Assembly: GCA_048938895.1 (NCBI GenBank)
Contig: JBHLLU010000007.1
Span: 45,907 to 109,906 of the forward strand
From: Promethearchaeota archaeon
GTDB lineage: Archaea; Asgardarchaeota; Lokiarchaeia; Sigyniarchaeales; SOKP01
Reading direction: 5' to 3'
Length of the DNA: 64,000 bases
The notes under the pieces are model-generated. The model saw nothing but the letters and a program-made list of their open reading frames with translations, searched no databases and was not told the DNA's origin. The translations under genes and the position numbers were made by a program. Each line of letters starts with the position of its first letter. Position 1 is the stretch's first letter. Below are positions 36,363 to 47,017 of this stretch, piece after piece.

Positions 36363-39300
36363 TTAGGGAACAACAGTTTCCTCATGATAAATCTCAGCAC
36401 CCTCTTCGGTCCGTATAAGGATTACTACTACATCATCTATATCAATAGAAAGTCCGGTAATTGTTTCAAGGTCACTGACTTGGATAGTTATTTTCATAGA
36501 ATCTCCAATCCCAACATTAAAAGCAGCCAAATTACTGCCCGTTAATCGTACCCATGAATTATTGAAGTATGCAAAGAGATTATTTAGAGCTACGTAAGTA
36601 TCGTTTACATAAACAGAATCAAGTGTGACATTAGCCATCCCATTATTAGTAAAGACCAAAGTCATATTTCTGGAGTTATCGACAATTGTATTGACATCGT
36701 CGAGAGTTAGATTGTAATACGCAGAATCTACATAAGCATGTAAAATTTTCCCTGCTTTAGCGGTTGAAGTGGTAGTGACATTGATAACTACTTCATCCGA
36801 TTTGTTTATCATCAAATTGGGAATATCAAATGATACTATTGCGCATTCTTGAATATTTAAGGAAGGCTTTCCATATATATACTTCACATTATCGACGAGT
36901 GTGGAATTTACATAAATTTCGTCAATTGTGACCTCCTTATCTCCTGTATTTTTAATCATTAGTTTTCCTGTTTCATTTGCATAGATAAAGGAAGTTATAA
37001 TACTATCAACGCTGTCGATTATTTGTATATCTGAATCATCTCTAATTGTATGGATATACCCGATATCTGAAGTTACTGTTGTACCGAAACTTCCCGTTAC
37101 GCAAACTAAAATCTCGTCATTAACTTCAAAATTTCCGTAATCTGTTGCATCTATAATAATAACATCCTCATCATTCTTATCCATAAGGAGACTACCACTT
37201 TTAGTATAAAAATCTTCATAATCAACTTCGATCAAAGATTCTGTTAGATATATTGAATCTATCCCGAATATTATGTTCCCAGTATTTTTAACCTTGATTT
37301 TTAAAATGGTACTCTCATTATCGTAGGTAAATCCATGACTCAGGTTAAAATCTAGAGGAATGTGATATCTTTCATAACTATTGAGTGCCACCAACGCTTC
37401 AGGGGATACAATTCTTTCCCTACTTAAAATTGAGAGGGAATAGTTTTCCTTTGTAGATGTAAACAAGACTTCGTCTCTTACATCATTTGGAGTAGCTACC
37501 CCAATTTTATCATAAGTTCGTATTGGATAAAAATTAGTTGCAACATTGGTAATTTGTACTGCGACTTTTTCTCCAGGTCGTAGAATAGAAGAACCACTTA
37601 GGAATTTAACCTTAGTAGGATCTATTTTGTTTTCTATAATATCCTCGTCAAGATAAAATCTTTCTAATACTTCAACAGTATCTCCGATATTTTCAACCTC
37701 AAGATAAATATCCGAATGAGCAGAATCTTTTTGGATTACTTTACTATTCTCTTTATTGATTTTAATAGCTCCTTCTTTAGGTTCTTTTACAAAGAAATTT
37801 TTTGTGCTATTAGAAAATTCATAAGCTCTCCCTGCTAACCCCACTGACTCCGCTGTTACATTAATATTAACGACATCATCTTTCTGAAAATTTGTACCTT
37901 TTGATTTAATATCTACCCATACCATTTCTGATTCCCCACCTTTCAAAATCGCAGTATCCTGGCTTTCACCCATAACAAAATCATATTCCGTTCCATTGAT
38001 ATTTATACTTTTAATAAATAAATCTTTTGTACCTGTGTTTCTCAAATTAAACGTAGCATATCCATTTTCAAAAACCTCGGCATCATTTATGGTGAATTTA
38101 GAATCTAAGATTGTGTAATCAATTTTATAAAGTTTTACTAAGCCTAATGCTGAAATATATGTGGGTATAAATATTTGGAAATTATATATTCCATTATCGG
38201 GAATATGATCCTTCCAAACACCCCCATCCTGAGTAGGGTTGTTAGGATTGTTGATTAAATTAGCATACGTCTTTCTTATGTCTTGATCTTCAAGATCATC
38301 CGGATTTGTAGGAACACCATAAAACATTAACCTTACTAGTTGACTCTGGAACCATTTTGCTCCCATCCTTCCATTATTTGGGTTTTGATATGCACTTTCA
38401 TTAAATACAGAATTAGATGCCCAATTATCTTCCTCCATACCTTGTCTCTTATACCTTTCGTAATTATCATTACAAATTCTTATCATCCAAGGCCACTTTC
38501 CTTCATCTCCACCTAATCCGGTAATCATTAATCCAAAATAGACTAATACATAATCTGCCTTTAATCTACGAAATGCTTTTGCACTATACAGTTCACTTGT
38601 CTGCATTAATGCCATTCCAGTTAAACCGATTCTAGTGGAATTCATGGTGGCATTATCATTTACAGTCGTTACATTCCCGATCGGGGTAAGCCAATATCCA
38701 TAATCCCACCAGGATACGACAACATCGGTACCTTTCAGGTTAGATCTCATCCAAGTTAACGATTCTTCCCAATCATGAACAACTCCTGCGGGAGCAATTT
38801 GAGTAAAAGAAAACTGGTCAATAGCAATATCTGTTGCATGAACAATCTGGGCGACTCCTAAAAATCCAACAACCATAAAAATGGCTACCGTTTCAGGAAC
38901 GCCTACCGATCCTTTTACCTGCCTTCTCCGTTTTCTACTTACCCCTTCTCTCTGTTCACCTATAAAGCTACCAAAGATCTTAAGAACACTTACTAATCCA
39001 TATGCTCCCATTAATGATACTGCAGGAGCAAATATTAAGATGATGCGTATCATACTCCCTGTAAAATAAAACATCAGGATTACAAATGCAATTAAAAATA
39101 TTTCTGATGCATTTAAAATTTTAAAACAAAAGTATATTCCTAGGGGGGTTAATACTAACGGAATTAACGTATTATAGTAAAATACACTCCAAGGACTTGG
39201 CATTTGTTCTGCGACTGATGCTACTAAACTTATTTCATCTCTAAATAAAGGATTCAGAATTGTTTGGAATCGTGATCCAAAACCAAAAGGAATAAGATCA

Positions 39301-40286
39301 GGTGCAACCCATAAAATAATCGCCCCAATTAATATTCCGGGTATAAAACCCCATTTTACAAAATTTATAATACTGTTATATAATGCAGGGTGTTCTGTTT
39401 TTTTGGATTGAATTATGTGAAAAATTACTAAGATTATTGTGAATAAAAAGATTCCACCTGTCTCTAATTCAGAAAATAATGCAGAATAATCAAACTTAGC
39501 ATATAAAGAAAAAATAAGTAAACCAATACCCTCAACTCCAGCATAAGTAATAAGGATATTTTCATTGTATTTATCAGAAAGAATCAAAATAATACTAAGA
39601 AGTGGAATTATTAAATAGACAAACTGATATCCCCCCCAACTTAAAGATAAATATCCTAATGACATACCACCTAGCGCAGAAAACACAAATTTTCCAGTTC
39701 TCATACCTTTTAAAAGAAAGAGAAATGTTAGGAGAGAGGCAAATACTCCTATTGTTTCATTATCAAAAAACCCCGCCATTGTGCGTTGCATATATCCTGG
39801 ATTAAAAGCTAGAAAAAACGCAGCAATTAATCCAGTTCCTCGATCAAGTATTTCTTTTCCTAAAAAATAAATGACTAACACAGTTAATCCACCCATTATT
39901 GCTGGGAAGAAATAACATACATCATACAATGATATTGGGATCCCTAAAAATGTAAGTGTTTTGTGTGTTACAACAACAGTAAAGGTTAAACCGGGGCGTA
40001 AACTTCCACGGTAGAACCCCGTGGGATACCAGCTTTTATAATCACGCCAACTAAAATACTCATAGAGAGTATGCTTATTTAGATATTCTGAGTTATACCA
40101 TTGCATCCAAGGATCAAATGCTTTAATTAATCGTGGACCTCTAAACATAGGGCTAATACGTAATAATATAGCTAAAAACACCACCAAAAAAACTGCGAAG
40201 AAAAACAATATATTCTGGGTTTTAACACTCACTGATGTTCTAATACGATCACGAAAGTTTCTCAATGAAGCAATGATATTTACCAT
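36363..40286 (-). CDS. aglB: Oligosaccharyltransferase AglB/STT3 with long C-terminal beta-rich repeat extension
   Basis: AFDPW, RTMAGFFDNE, SVAEQ, WWDYG, DNAT, GDEGKWPWMIRI, followed by ~570 extra aa. Confidence 0.92.
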   Translation of the reverse strand: MVNIIASLRNFRDRIRTSVSVKTQNILFFFAVFLVVFLAILLRISPMFRGPRLIKAFDPWMQWYNSEYLNKHTLYEYFSWRDYKSWYPTGFYRGSLRPGLTFTVVVTHKTLTFLGIPISLYDVCYFFPAIMGGLTVLVIYFLGKEILDRGTGLIAAFFLAFNPGYMQRTMAGFFDNETIGVFASLLTFLFLLKGMRTGKFVFSALGGMSLGYLSLSWGGYQFVYLIIPLLSIILILSDKYNENILITYAGVEGIGLLIFSLYAKFDYSALFSELETGGIFLFTIILVIFHIIQSKKTEHPALYNSIINFVKWGFIPGILIGAIILWVAPDLIPFGFGSRFQTILNPLFRDEISLVASVAEQMPSPWSVFYYNTLIPLVLTPLGIYFCFKILNASEIFLIAFVILMFYFTGSMIRIILIFAPAVSLMGAYGLVSVLKIFGSFIGEQREGVSRKRRRQVKGSVGVPETVAIFMVVGFLGVAQIVHATDIAIDQFSFTQIAPAGVVHDWEESLTWMRSNLKGTDVVVSWWDYGYWLTPIGNVTTVNDNATMNSTRIGLTGMALMQTSELYSAKAFRRLKADYVLVYFGLMITGLGGDEGKWPWMIRICNDNYERYKRQGMEEDNWASNSVFNESAYQNPNNGRMGAKWFQSQLVRLMFYGVPTNPDDLEDQDIRKTYANLINNPNNPTQDGGVWKDHIPDNGIYNFQIFIPTYISALGLVKLYKIDYTILDSKFTINDAEVFENGYATFNLRNTGTKDLFIKSININGTEYDFVMGESQDTAILKGGESEMVWVDIKSKGTNFQKDDVVNINVTAESVGLAGRAYEFSNSTKNFFVKEPKEGAIKINKENSKVIQKDSAHSDIYLEVENIGDTVEVLERFYLDEDIIENKIDPTKVKFLSGSSILRPGEKVAVQITNVATNFYPIRTYDKIGVATPNDVRDEVLFTSTKENYSLSILSRERIVSPEALVALNSYERYHIPLDFNLSHGFTYDNESTILKIKVKNTGNIIFGIDSIYLTESLIEVDYEDFYTKSGSLLMDKNDEDVIIIDATDYGNFEVNDEILVCVTGSFGTTVTSDIGYIHTIRDDSDIQIIDSVDSIITSFIYANETGKLMIKNTGDKEVTIDEIYVNSTLVDNVKYIYGKPSLNIQECAIVSFDIPNLMINKSDEVVINVTTTSTAKAGKILHAYVDSAYYNLTLDDVNTIVDNSRNMTLVFTNNGMANVTLDSVYVNDTYVALNNLFAYFNNSWVRLTGSNLAAFNVGIGDSMKITIQVSDLETITGLSIDIDDVVVILIRTEEGAEIYHEETVVP

Positions 40287-40478
40287 GATGGTTCATTTAC
40301 TTTTTTAATAAAATAGTAATTTATTACCCATAATTTAATTTTGAATATAAAAAATATGCTTTAGATTAAAATGTTTTTCTTTAATCAAACACATCGTAAA
40401 ATTCAAGTTTCGTGGATAAAAGAAAAAAATTTATGATTTTTTGCATCTTTAGTTGATTTATTATTAGTTGAAGTTAAG

Positions 40479-41327
40479 ATGATGGAAAAAAGAAGGTATC
40501 TTTTTAAATTATATTATATTGGCAAATCGAAATATCATGGATCTCAAAGGCAGCCCAATTTTTTAACAATTGAAGATTGTCTCATAGACGCATTGTTGAA
40601 AAAAAAGTATATAGAAAACATTAAAGAATCTGGATTTGAATTTGCTAGTAGAACAGATAGATATGTATCTGCTCGTGGTGCATGTTTTACTTGTATTATG
40701 GAAAAAGAACCGATTTTGATGGAAATAAATTCAGCATTACCTAAAGAAATAGGTATTTGGGCTTATGGGAAAGTTCCAATGCATTTTCTCTCTCGATATA
40801 ATGCAGTATTACGGCATTACTTGTACCTAGTTTTGAAACCATATTCATACCTACAAAATTATAGTTCTATTGATGTTGAAATAATGAAAAAAGCTTGTAA
40901 AATTTTAGAAGGGAAACATGATTTCATCAACTTTTCGAAAAGAGAAAAACTTGAAGTAAAATCTATAAGAGATATGGAATCCGCAACGTTAACGGTCGTA
41001 AATGATTATTTATTATTTCAATTTAAAAGCCAAGCATTTCTTAGACAGCAAGTCCGACGTATGGTTAGAAAAATATTGGAATTAGGCTTAGGAGAAATTT
41101 CATTTACAGATTTCAATCAACTGTTTGATCCCACTCGTGAATGGTCCTATCAACCTGTCAATGCTAAGGGATTAATTTTATGGAATATTGATTACAGCGA
41201 AGAGATAAGATTTATCGAAGATAAAAAATCTAAGGAGAGGATGGAAGCATTTTTTTTAAAAGAGAAACTATCTATTGAGCATAAGGCTCAACTATTCCGC
41301 CTCTTGCAACATAACGATTTTTGCTAA
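40479..41327 (+). CDS. truA: tRNA pseudouridine(38-40) synthase
   Basis: YHGSQRQP, ASRTDRYVSA, G.HDF.NFS, AFLRQQVRRMV. Confidence 0.92.
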   Translation: MMEKRRYLFKLYYIGKSKYHGSQRQPNFLTIEDCLIDALLKKKYIENIKESGFEFASRTDRYVSARGACFTCIMEKEPILMEINSALPKEIGIWAYGKVPMHFLSRYNAVLRHYLYLVLKPYSYLQNYSSIDVEIMKKACKILEGKHDFINFSKREKLEVKSIRDMESATLTVVNDYLLFQFKSQAFLRQQVRRMVRKILELGLGEISFTDFNQLFDPTREWSYQPVNAKGLILWNIDYSEEIRFIEDKKSKERMEAFFLKEKLSIEHKAQLFRLLQHNDFC

Positions 41328-42263
41328 AAGTGCTTGTAGCTGAATCTCTTCTGTTCCTCCCTGACTTAATCGATATTCAAATTCGGCTAAAAGCTTGGCT
41401 AACTCTAATTTTACATTTTCCAAGATGTTTAGATCATAGATCTCTCTATGAATATTCTTAATAATATTTTGTCCAGAAAGCCCATAATCATTGATTAAAT
41501 CGTTTAAAAGTTTAATTGATAGTTGGAGCTTAGAATCTAAAGCAGTTATTATAATATCCTTTATTTTTTCTGGAGGTACTTCTCCAGCGACTCTGAAAAC
41601 AATATCCTTGTCAATAGTTTTTGAGATAGTACCACAAGATTGTAAATAATTAATAGCTCTCCTACAATCTCCTCGGGATACATCTACCAGGGCATTTAAT
41701 CCTCCAGGTGTTAAGGATATATTTTCTTGTTTTGCAACGAAATTAATCTGTTTTTTGATATCTGTATTATTCAAATATGAAAATCGAAATACAACACATC
41801 TTGATTGAATAGGAGGAATGATTCTATTAGAATAATTACAAATTAAGATCATTCTACAATTCTTAGTATATTTTTCCATCGTTCTCCTTAAAGCTTGCTG
41901 AGCTGGGGCTGTCATATTATCTGCTTCATCCAATATGAGTATTTTAAAGGGGATATCTGTAGGTGGTCGTGCTTTTGCAAAGTCTTTAATAAATGTTCTA
42001 ATGACATCAATTCCTCTAGCATCACTCGCATTCAATTCTAAATATGTTCTGTTAATTGCCATCTTTCTCCTGTACAGTTCTCTAACCATTGCTAAGGCTG
42101 AAGTTGTTTTACCTGTACCAGCGGGACCTGCAAATATGAGATGGGGCATCGATTTATCTTTTACAAATTGTTTTAAACGTTTAATTATACCTTCTTGATT
42201 CACAATCTCATCTAGAAACCTAGGACGGTATTTTTCAACGAAAGGTCTGTTCTCAAGAGACAT
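41292..42263 (-). CDS. rfcS: Replication factor C small subunit
   Basis: PFVEKYRP, GPAGTGKT, ELNASDARG, LDEADNM, SRC. No intein. Confidence 0.96.
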   Translation of the reverse strand: MSLENRPFVEKYRPRFLDEIVNQEGIIKRLKQFVKDKSMPHLIFAGPAGTGKTTSALAMVRELYRRKMAINRTYLELNASDARGIDVIRTFIKDFAKARPPTDIPFKILILDEADNMTAPAQQALRRTMEKYTKNCRMILICNYSNRIIPPIQSRCVVFRFSYLNNTDIKKQINFVAKQENISLTPGGLNALVDVSRGDCRRAINYLQSCGTISKTIDKDIVFRVAGEVPPEKIKDIIITALDSKLQLSIKLLNDLINDYGLSGQNIIKNIHREIYDLNILENVKLELAKLLAEFEYRLSQGGTEEIQLQALLAKIVMLQEAE

Positions 42264-42364
42264 ATTTTTTAATAGAGAAGTTTAAATTTTAAAGGAATAT
42301 ATTAAGAATTAAATTTTCTTAATTCCTTATTAATATTCATATCTAGAAAAAAAATTGAATATTT

Positions 42365-43669
42365 ATGACTGATTTCAAAATCACAAATATAAAATCAAGA
42401 TGGATTTTAGATTCTCGAGGAAATCCTACTGTAGAATCAGATGTATATGCGGGAAAATACTTTGGAAGAGCAGCAGTTCCTTCTGGCGCATCAACCGGTG
42501 TGCTAGAAGCACTTGAACTAAGAGATGGAGGGAAAGCATTTAAAGGTAAACATGTTACAAAAGCAGTGTCTAATGTAAACAATATATTAGGGAAAAAGCT
42601 GATTGGATTTGATGTGCGCGAGCAAACGAAAATTGATGATGAGATGATAAAAATTGATGGAACAGAAAACAAGAGTAGATTAGGTGCTAATGCAATCTTG
42701 TCGGTGTCTCTAGCAGTAGCTAAGTTAGCAGCAAATTTATCTGAAATACCTTTATATGAATATATTCATAAATTAGCATACCATAAGACAAGACAAGATT
42801 TTCTCTTACCAATACCTTCTGCTAATATCATCAATGGGGGAGAGCATGCAGGGAATAATTTAGCAATTCAAGAATTTATGGTTTTACCGATTGGAGCCAA
42901 ATCATTCTCAAAAGCGATACAAAATGTAGCAGAAGTATATCAGACCTTAAAATCTCTACTTGCTACCAAATATGGTCCTTCAGCGATTAATGTTGGTGAT
43001 GAGGGGGGATTTGCACCAAATTTATCACAAACATCCGAAGCCGTTGATATAATAATTGAAGCCATTGAACAAGCAGGATTTATGCTTGGTACAGATTTTG
43101 TTTTGGGTATGGATGCTGCTGCGAGTGAGTTTTATGAAGATGGTGTATATAACATTGATGGCAAAAAGTTGAACGAAGAAGAATTGATACAATTTTATCT
43201 CGATCTCATTCAAGATTATCCATTTAAATCGATTGAAGACCCTTTTGATGAAAAGGATTTCAGAAGTTTTGCTAATTTAACAGCTAAAATTGATAAAACA
43301 ATGCAAATTGTGGATGATGATTTAACAGTAACTAATATTAAAATTCTAGAAAAAGCTATAAATGAAAGAGCAGGAAATGCTTTACTACTGAAGGTTAACC
43401 AAATTGGTTCTCTTACAGAAGCCATAAATGCTTGTAAAATGGCTTTCAAAAACGGATTTAATGTTATGGTTTCTCACCGTTCGGGGGAAACAGAAGACCC
43501 ATTTATTGCAGATTTAGCAGTAGGTCTTTGTACAGGTCAGCTAAAATCTGGTGCTACCTGCAGATCTGATAGATGCTCAAAATTTAATCAACTTCTTAGA
43601 ATAGAGGAAATATTAGGAAATAACGCCGTTTATCCAACGCATTTAGATTCATGGAAACAATTTCAATAA
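42365..43669 (+). CDS. eno: Enolase
   Basis: DSRGNPTVE, VPSGASTG, GDEGGFAP, LLKVNQIGSLTE, SHRSGETED. Confidence 0.97.
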   Translation: MTDFKITNIKSRWILDSRGNPTVESDVYAGKYFGRAAVPSGASTGVLEALELRDGGKAFKGKHVTKAVSNVNNILGKKLIGFDVREQTKIDDEMIKIDGTENKSRLGANAILSVSLAVAKLAANLSEIPLYEYIHKLAYHKTRQDFLLPIPSANIINGGEHAGNNLAIQEFMVLPIGAKSFSKAIQNVAEVYQTLKSLLATKYGPSAINVGDEGGFAPNLSQTSEAVDIIIEAIEQAGFMLGTDFVLGMDAAASEFYEDGVYNIDGKKLNEEELIQFYLDLIQDYPFKSIEDPFDEKDFRSFANLTAKIDKTMQIVDDDLTVTNIKILEKAINERAGNALLLKVNQIGSLTEAINACKMAFKNGFNVMVSHRSGETEDPFIADLAVGLCTGQLKSGATCRSDRCSKFNQLLRIEEILGNNAVYPTHLDSWKQFQ

Positions 43670-43679
43670 ATATTTAGCT

Positions 43680-44330
43680 CTATCTTCTATTTTTTATAAA
43701 TCTATAGACATTTACATCAATAGTTTTTACTTTCTTTTTATGGAATTGAAAGGTTCTCTCAAGAGTCATTCTATGGGCGAAGAAATTATCAATACGCCAA
43801 CCGAATTTCTCAGAAAATTTAGATATGAAATTATAAACTTTGTCTCCCGCAAGATGGATAGAGTAAACTACATTTGATATGGAGAATGCTTTTTCTAAAA
43901 AAATGCGATCAGCAGCTCTTTTTTTTACTCCAAATGGGGGATTCATAATTGTGGTGACTTCTAAATTCTTTAAAAATGTACCTTTCGAAAATTCAAGATA
44001 GTTTATATCACAGCAGAAGGGTAATATGACTTTTTCGAGTCCCAACTTAGAAATGTTCATTTTTAAGGTTTTTAAAGCAAGTAGATCTATATCTATGCTT
44101 AATATAGTTTCGGCATTTAAGAGAGCGCTTGCTACTGACAATCTTCCGGTTCCAGAACCGAAATCAATAACAAATTTGTTTCGGATATCGTTAAACTCAA
44201 AACCAGCGAAATATATTATATCTACGGCACTATTAGCATCAATACAATATTGTTCTAATTCTACTTTAGGATTAACGAATGGTTCAGTGTTTTGGATGAT
44301 AGAAATTAATTGCTTCTTGTTGATATTCAT
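43680..44330 (-). CDS. METTL5-like N6-adenine RNA methyltransferase
   Basis: PKVELEQY, DFGSGTG, NPPFG, D..FLEKA, FHKKK. Confidence 0.88.
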   Translation of the reverse strand: MNINKKQLISIIQNTEPFVNPKVELEQYCIDANSAVDIIYFAGFEFNDIRNKFVIDFGSGTGRLSVASALLNAETILSIDIDLLALKTLKMNISKLGLEKVILPFCCDINYLEFSKGTFLKNLEVTTIMNPPFGVKKRAADRIFLEKAFSISNVVYSIHLAGDKVYNFISKFSEKFGWRIDNFFAHRMTLERTFQFHKKKVKTIDVNVYRFIKNRR

Positions 44331-44432
44331 CCGTGAAAATGTTATCTCTTTTAAAATTAATTCATTAAATTTATTTATTTTATTTAATACTATTTATTTA
44401 AATTAGAAAGAAATTGGGAAATTAAAAGATTA

Positions 44433-45044
44433 TTGTTGATGTTATTGGATAAAAAATCTATAAAAAATGATGATATCGTTTTAACGGGTCAATATCTTGG
44501 AGTTGTCGAAGAATTTCTCCCCGATAAGCAATCAACATTTGTTAAAGATGGTCAAATTTATGCAACAAAGACTGGATTAATAAGTATTGATAACGAAAAG
44601 AGAAAAATAGAGATAAAAACTCATCAAGAAAAAGACCGAAAAACCGTTAAAGTCGGAGATATTGTTATTGGTACTATTTTGTTTTTACGTCAATATTCTG
44701 TTGGTTTAAATTTCTACACGATAAACCAGAAAATCCATTTTAATTCAAGTTGTTTTGGCAATATTCATGTATCTCAGATTTCAGAGAAATATATAGATAA
44801 AATTTCTGATGCATTTCAAATTACAGACATCATTCGAGCTCGAGTCATTAATCTTAATTTTAATGAATATAACTTAAGTACGAGTGAGAAACATTTAGGA
44901 GTTATTTACGCAGATTGTGTGATATGTGGAACACCTCTTGATAAAATTGGTTATAATAAATTAAGATGTGAGAGATGTGGAAATACTGAAACCAGGAAGT
45001 TAGCGGATGATTACAGAAATGTATCAGAAGCTCTAAAATTTTAA
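44433..45044 (+). CDS. csl4: Exosome complex component Csl4
   Basis: N-terminal domain, S1 domain, LGVIYADC..CG...C..CG..E.RKLA Zn ribbon. Confidence 0.92.
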   Translation: MLMLLDKKSIKNDDIVLTGQYLGVVEEFLPDKQSTFVKDGQIYATKTGLISIDNEKRKIEIKTHQEKDRKTVKVGDIVIGTILFLRQYSVGLNFYTINQKIHFNSSCFGNIHVSQISEKYIDKISDAFQITDIIRARVINLNFNEYNLSTSEKHLGVIYADCVICGTPLDKIGYNKLRCERCGNTETRKLADDYRNVSEALKF

Positions 45045-45109
45045 TTTGTTTCACTTTAAATTAATAAAGATTTAAAAAAACCATAGAATCTCTTAAACGG
45101 TGTTTTAAT

Positions 45110-45328
45110 TTGAGGAAAATGGGTAAAAAAGTGATTCATTTTTATAATAATAGTGGTTCTTTAGATAATATTGTTAAATTTCTCGAAAATATCCAAAAAA
45201 AAGTTAATTATCTTAGCTTAAATGTAAATGTTGAGGGAAAGAGCATTAAAATAACTTTATTTGGTTCTCGAGATCTTCAGAACCTTGCAACTGAAAAATT
45301 AAAAGACTTAGCTAATGAGTTTCTGTAA
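45110..45328 (+). CDS. Small conserved-position hypothetical protein (ferredoxin-like fold; occupies the DUF2067 slot between csl4 and rpoL)
   Basis: 72-aa ORF with an alternating beta/alpha pattern, inside the csl4-rpoL cluster. Confidence 0.6.
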   Translation: MRKMGKKVIHFYNNSGSLDNIVKFLENIQKKVNYLSLNVNVEGKSIKITLFGSRDLQNLATEKLKDLANEFL

Positions 45329-45423
45329 AAATTGACTTTTATTTATAAAACCATAAAAAATTTATTTTATTTTAAATATTTTTACTTAGTATTTTTATTT
45401 CTTAATGATTTGGAGTTTTAATA

Positions 45424-45936
45424 ATGGCAAAGAAAAAAGCTGTCAAACCAGAAGTAGAAGAGGATGACGATCTAGAGGACTTTGAAGATGAATTTTTTGA
45501 TAAAGAGGATGATGAGATTGCCAGTGAATATCCTAAAGTAAGTGAAAAAGAAGAGAAAAAAGTAATAAGTTCAGTATCAGATGAAGAAGATTTAGAATCT
45601 CTTTCCGAAGAGGAATATGAATTAGAAGAAGAAGCTAGATTTCCAGATTATAAACATTTAAAACTAAAACTCATTAAAACCATTGGAAAAAACGATTATG
45701 AATTGATGATCGAAGGTCAATCACATGGATTCTGTAATATTCTCGTAAAACATTTACTTAATACTGAAGGTGTAAATGCGGCAGCTTATAAGGTAACAGG
45801 TCTAGTACCCGCCCAAATTTTTATACGTCTTGACGACAGTGATAAGTATAAAATTAAAAAAATTTTACTTAAAGCAATTGAATCTCTGAGAGAGGAAGTG
45901 TTAGAAGTTCAGAACTTGTTTAAGAAATTAACATAA
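45424..45936 (+). CDS. rpoL: RNA polymerase subunit Rpo11 (RpoL) with acidic N-terminal extension
   Basis: ELMIEGQSHGFCNIL...L....GV.AAAYK matches Rpo11/RPB11. Syntenic with csl4. Confidence 0.82.
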   Translation: MAKKKAVKPEVEEDDDLEDFEDEFFDKEDDEIASEYPKVSEKEEKKVISSVSDEEDLESLSEEEYELEEEARFPDYKHLKLKLIKTIGKNDYELMIEGQSHGFCNILVKHLLNTEGVNAAAYKVTGLVPAQIFIRLDDSDKYKIKKILLKAIESLREEVLEVQNLFKKLT

Positions 45937-45991
45937 ATTGCTCTCAATCTTTTATGAAACTTTATAAGAAGCCATAATTCAACTTATCTTA

Positions 45992-46444
45992 ATGGATTAT
46001 AAGTTTTTAATTAAGGATTTAGATCTAAATAAATCCCAAAAAGAAATAGGAACAGATAAGGGATTAGCAAAAATCGGAGATGGAATTGTAAATCTTACAT
46101 ATTCTATGGCTAAATCAATTTATTTAACGAAAAATAGCCCATATAGCAATATAATTAGAACTGGGACAAAAGTTAGTAAAACAATATTAGCCAATGCTTT
46201 AAAGAATGCCAATTTGAAAAGTTTTGCTAAAAATCGTGCTGATGCACATGATCTTGCTGATACTGCTGAAGCTATAGTCGCCTATCTTTGGTTAAGTAGA
46301 AAAGTTGATATTCACGAAATTATTGACTTCTTATCCAATAATTTTTCCGGAGATTTTAATATTAGAAACGAGGAAATAAAAGGTGCTACAGAAGCTTTTA
46401 CTAAATTTTTTAATTATATTGAGGATTTTTTACCTAAGAAATAA
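45992..46444 (+). CDS. Archaeal ribonuclease III-like protein
   Basis: DKGLAKIGDGIVNL.YS, G.KV....LA.AL, H.LAD.AEA.VAY.W. Confidence 0.8.
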   Translation: MDYKFLIKDLDLNKSQKEIGTDKGLAKIGDGIVNLTYSMAKSIYLTKNSPYSNIIRTGTKVSKTILANALKNANLKSFAKNRADAHDLADTAEAIVAYLWLSRKVDIHEIIDFLSNNFSGDFNIRNEEIKGATEAFTKFFNYIEDFLPKK

Positions 46445-46448
46445 TATT

Positions 46449-47009
46449 ATGAAAGATAATCCAATTACAATTGGAATAGATGATTCCACTTTTAATTTAA
46501 AATCTGGGTTGAAGACAACTCAGTTAATAGGGGTAGTGTGTCAAGGTATTAGGATGGTAAATGTATTAAAAACTGAAATTAATATTGATGGGAATGACGC
46601 TACCGAAAAATTAATCGACCTTGTTCGCCAAAATGAGAAACATATTCAATTTATATTTACGCATACTATAACATTTGGTGGTTTCAACATTATCGATCTT
46701 GATTATATATTTAGGGAAGTAAAAAAACCAATTATCGCACTTAATGATCGAGAGGTTAATCTGGATTCTGTAATTAATGCGCTTATTAAAAAATTCCCAA
46801 AAAATTATAAAAAAAAAATTAAATATATATCAAACGCAGGATATTTATATCAAGACACCATCAAGACTGCAGGAGGAGCTTCAACAGTTTATTTCCATGC
46901 TAAAGGTATTGAAATTAATGACGTAAACCTTTTAATACAAAAGAGTAGTATTGATTCAAAGTTACCAGAATGTCTTCGCTTAGCACATTTAATTGGGAAA
47001 CTGTTCTAA
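46449..47009 (+). CDS. DUF99 family protein (RNase H-like/endonuclease V-like)
   Basis: IGIDDS, IDGNDAT, ITFGGFNIID, KLPECLRLAHLIG. Start corrected to ATG 46449. Confidence 0.85.
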   Translation: MKDNPITIGIDDSTFNLKSGLKTTQLIGVVCQGIRMVNVLKTEINIDGNDATEKLIDLVRQNEKHIQFIFTHTITFGGFNIIDLDYIFREVKKPIIALNDREVNLDSVINALIKKFPKNYKKKIKYISNAGYLYQDTIKTAGGASTVYFHAKGIEINDVNLLIQKSSIDSKLPECLRLAHLIGKLF

Positions 47010-47017
47010 ATAATTAT

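Noticed and set aside
41292-41327. 36-bp convergent overlap of truA and rfcS
   Set aside because: Short tail-to-tail overlaps are common in compact genomes.
46383-46448. Track N-terminal extensions of DUF99 (also rps27e 57699-57740 and aor 49371-49391)
   Set aside because: They overlap neighbouring genes or RBS regions; downstream ATGs match the family N-termini.
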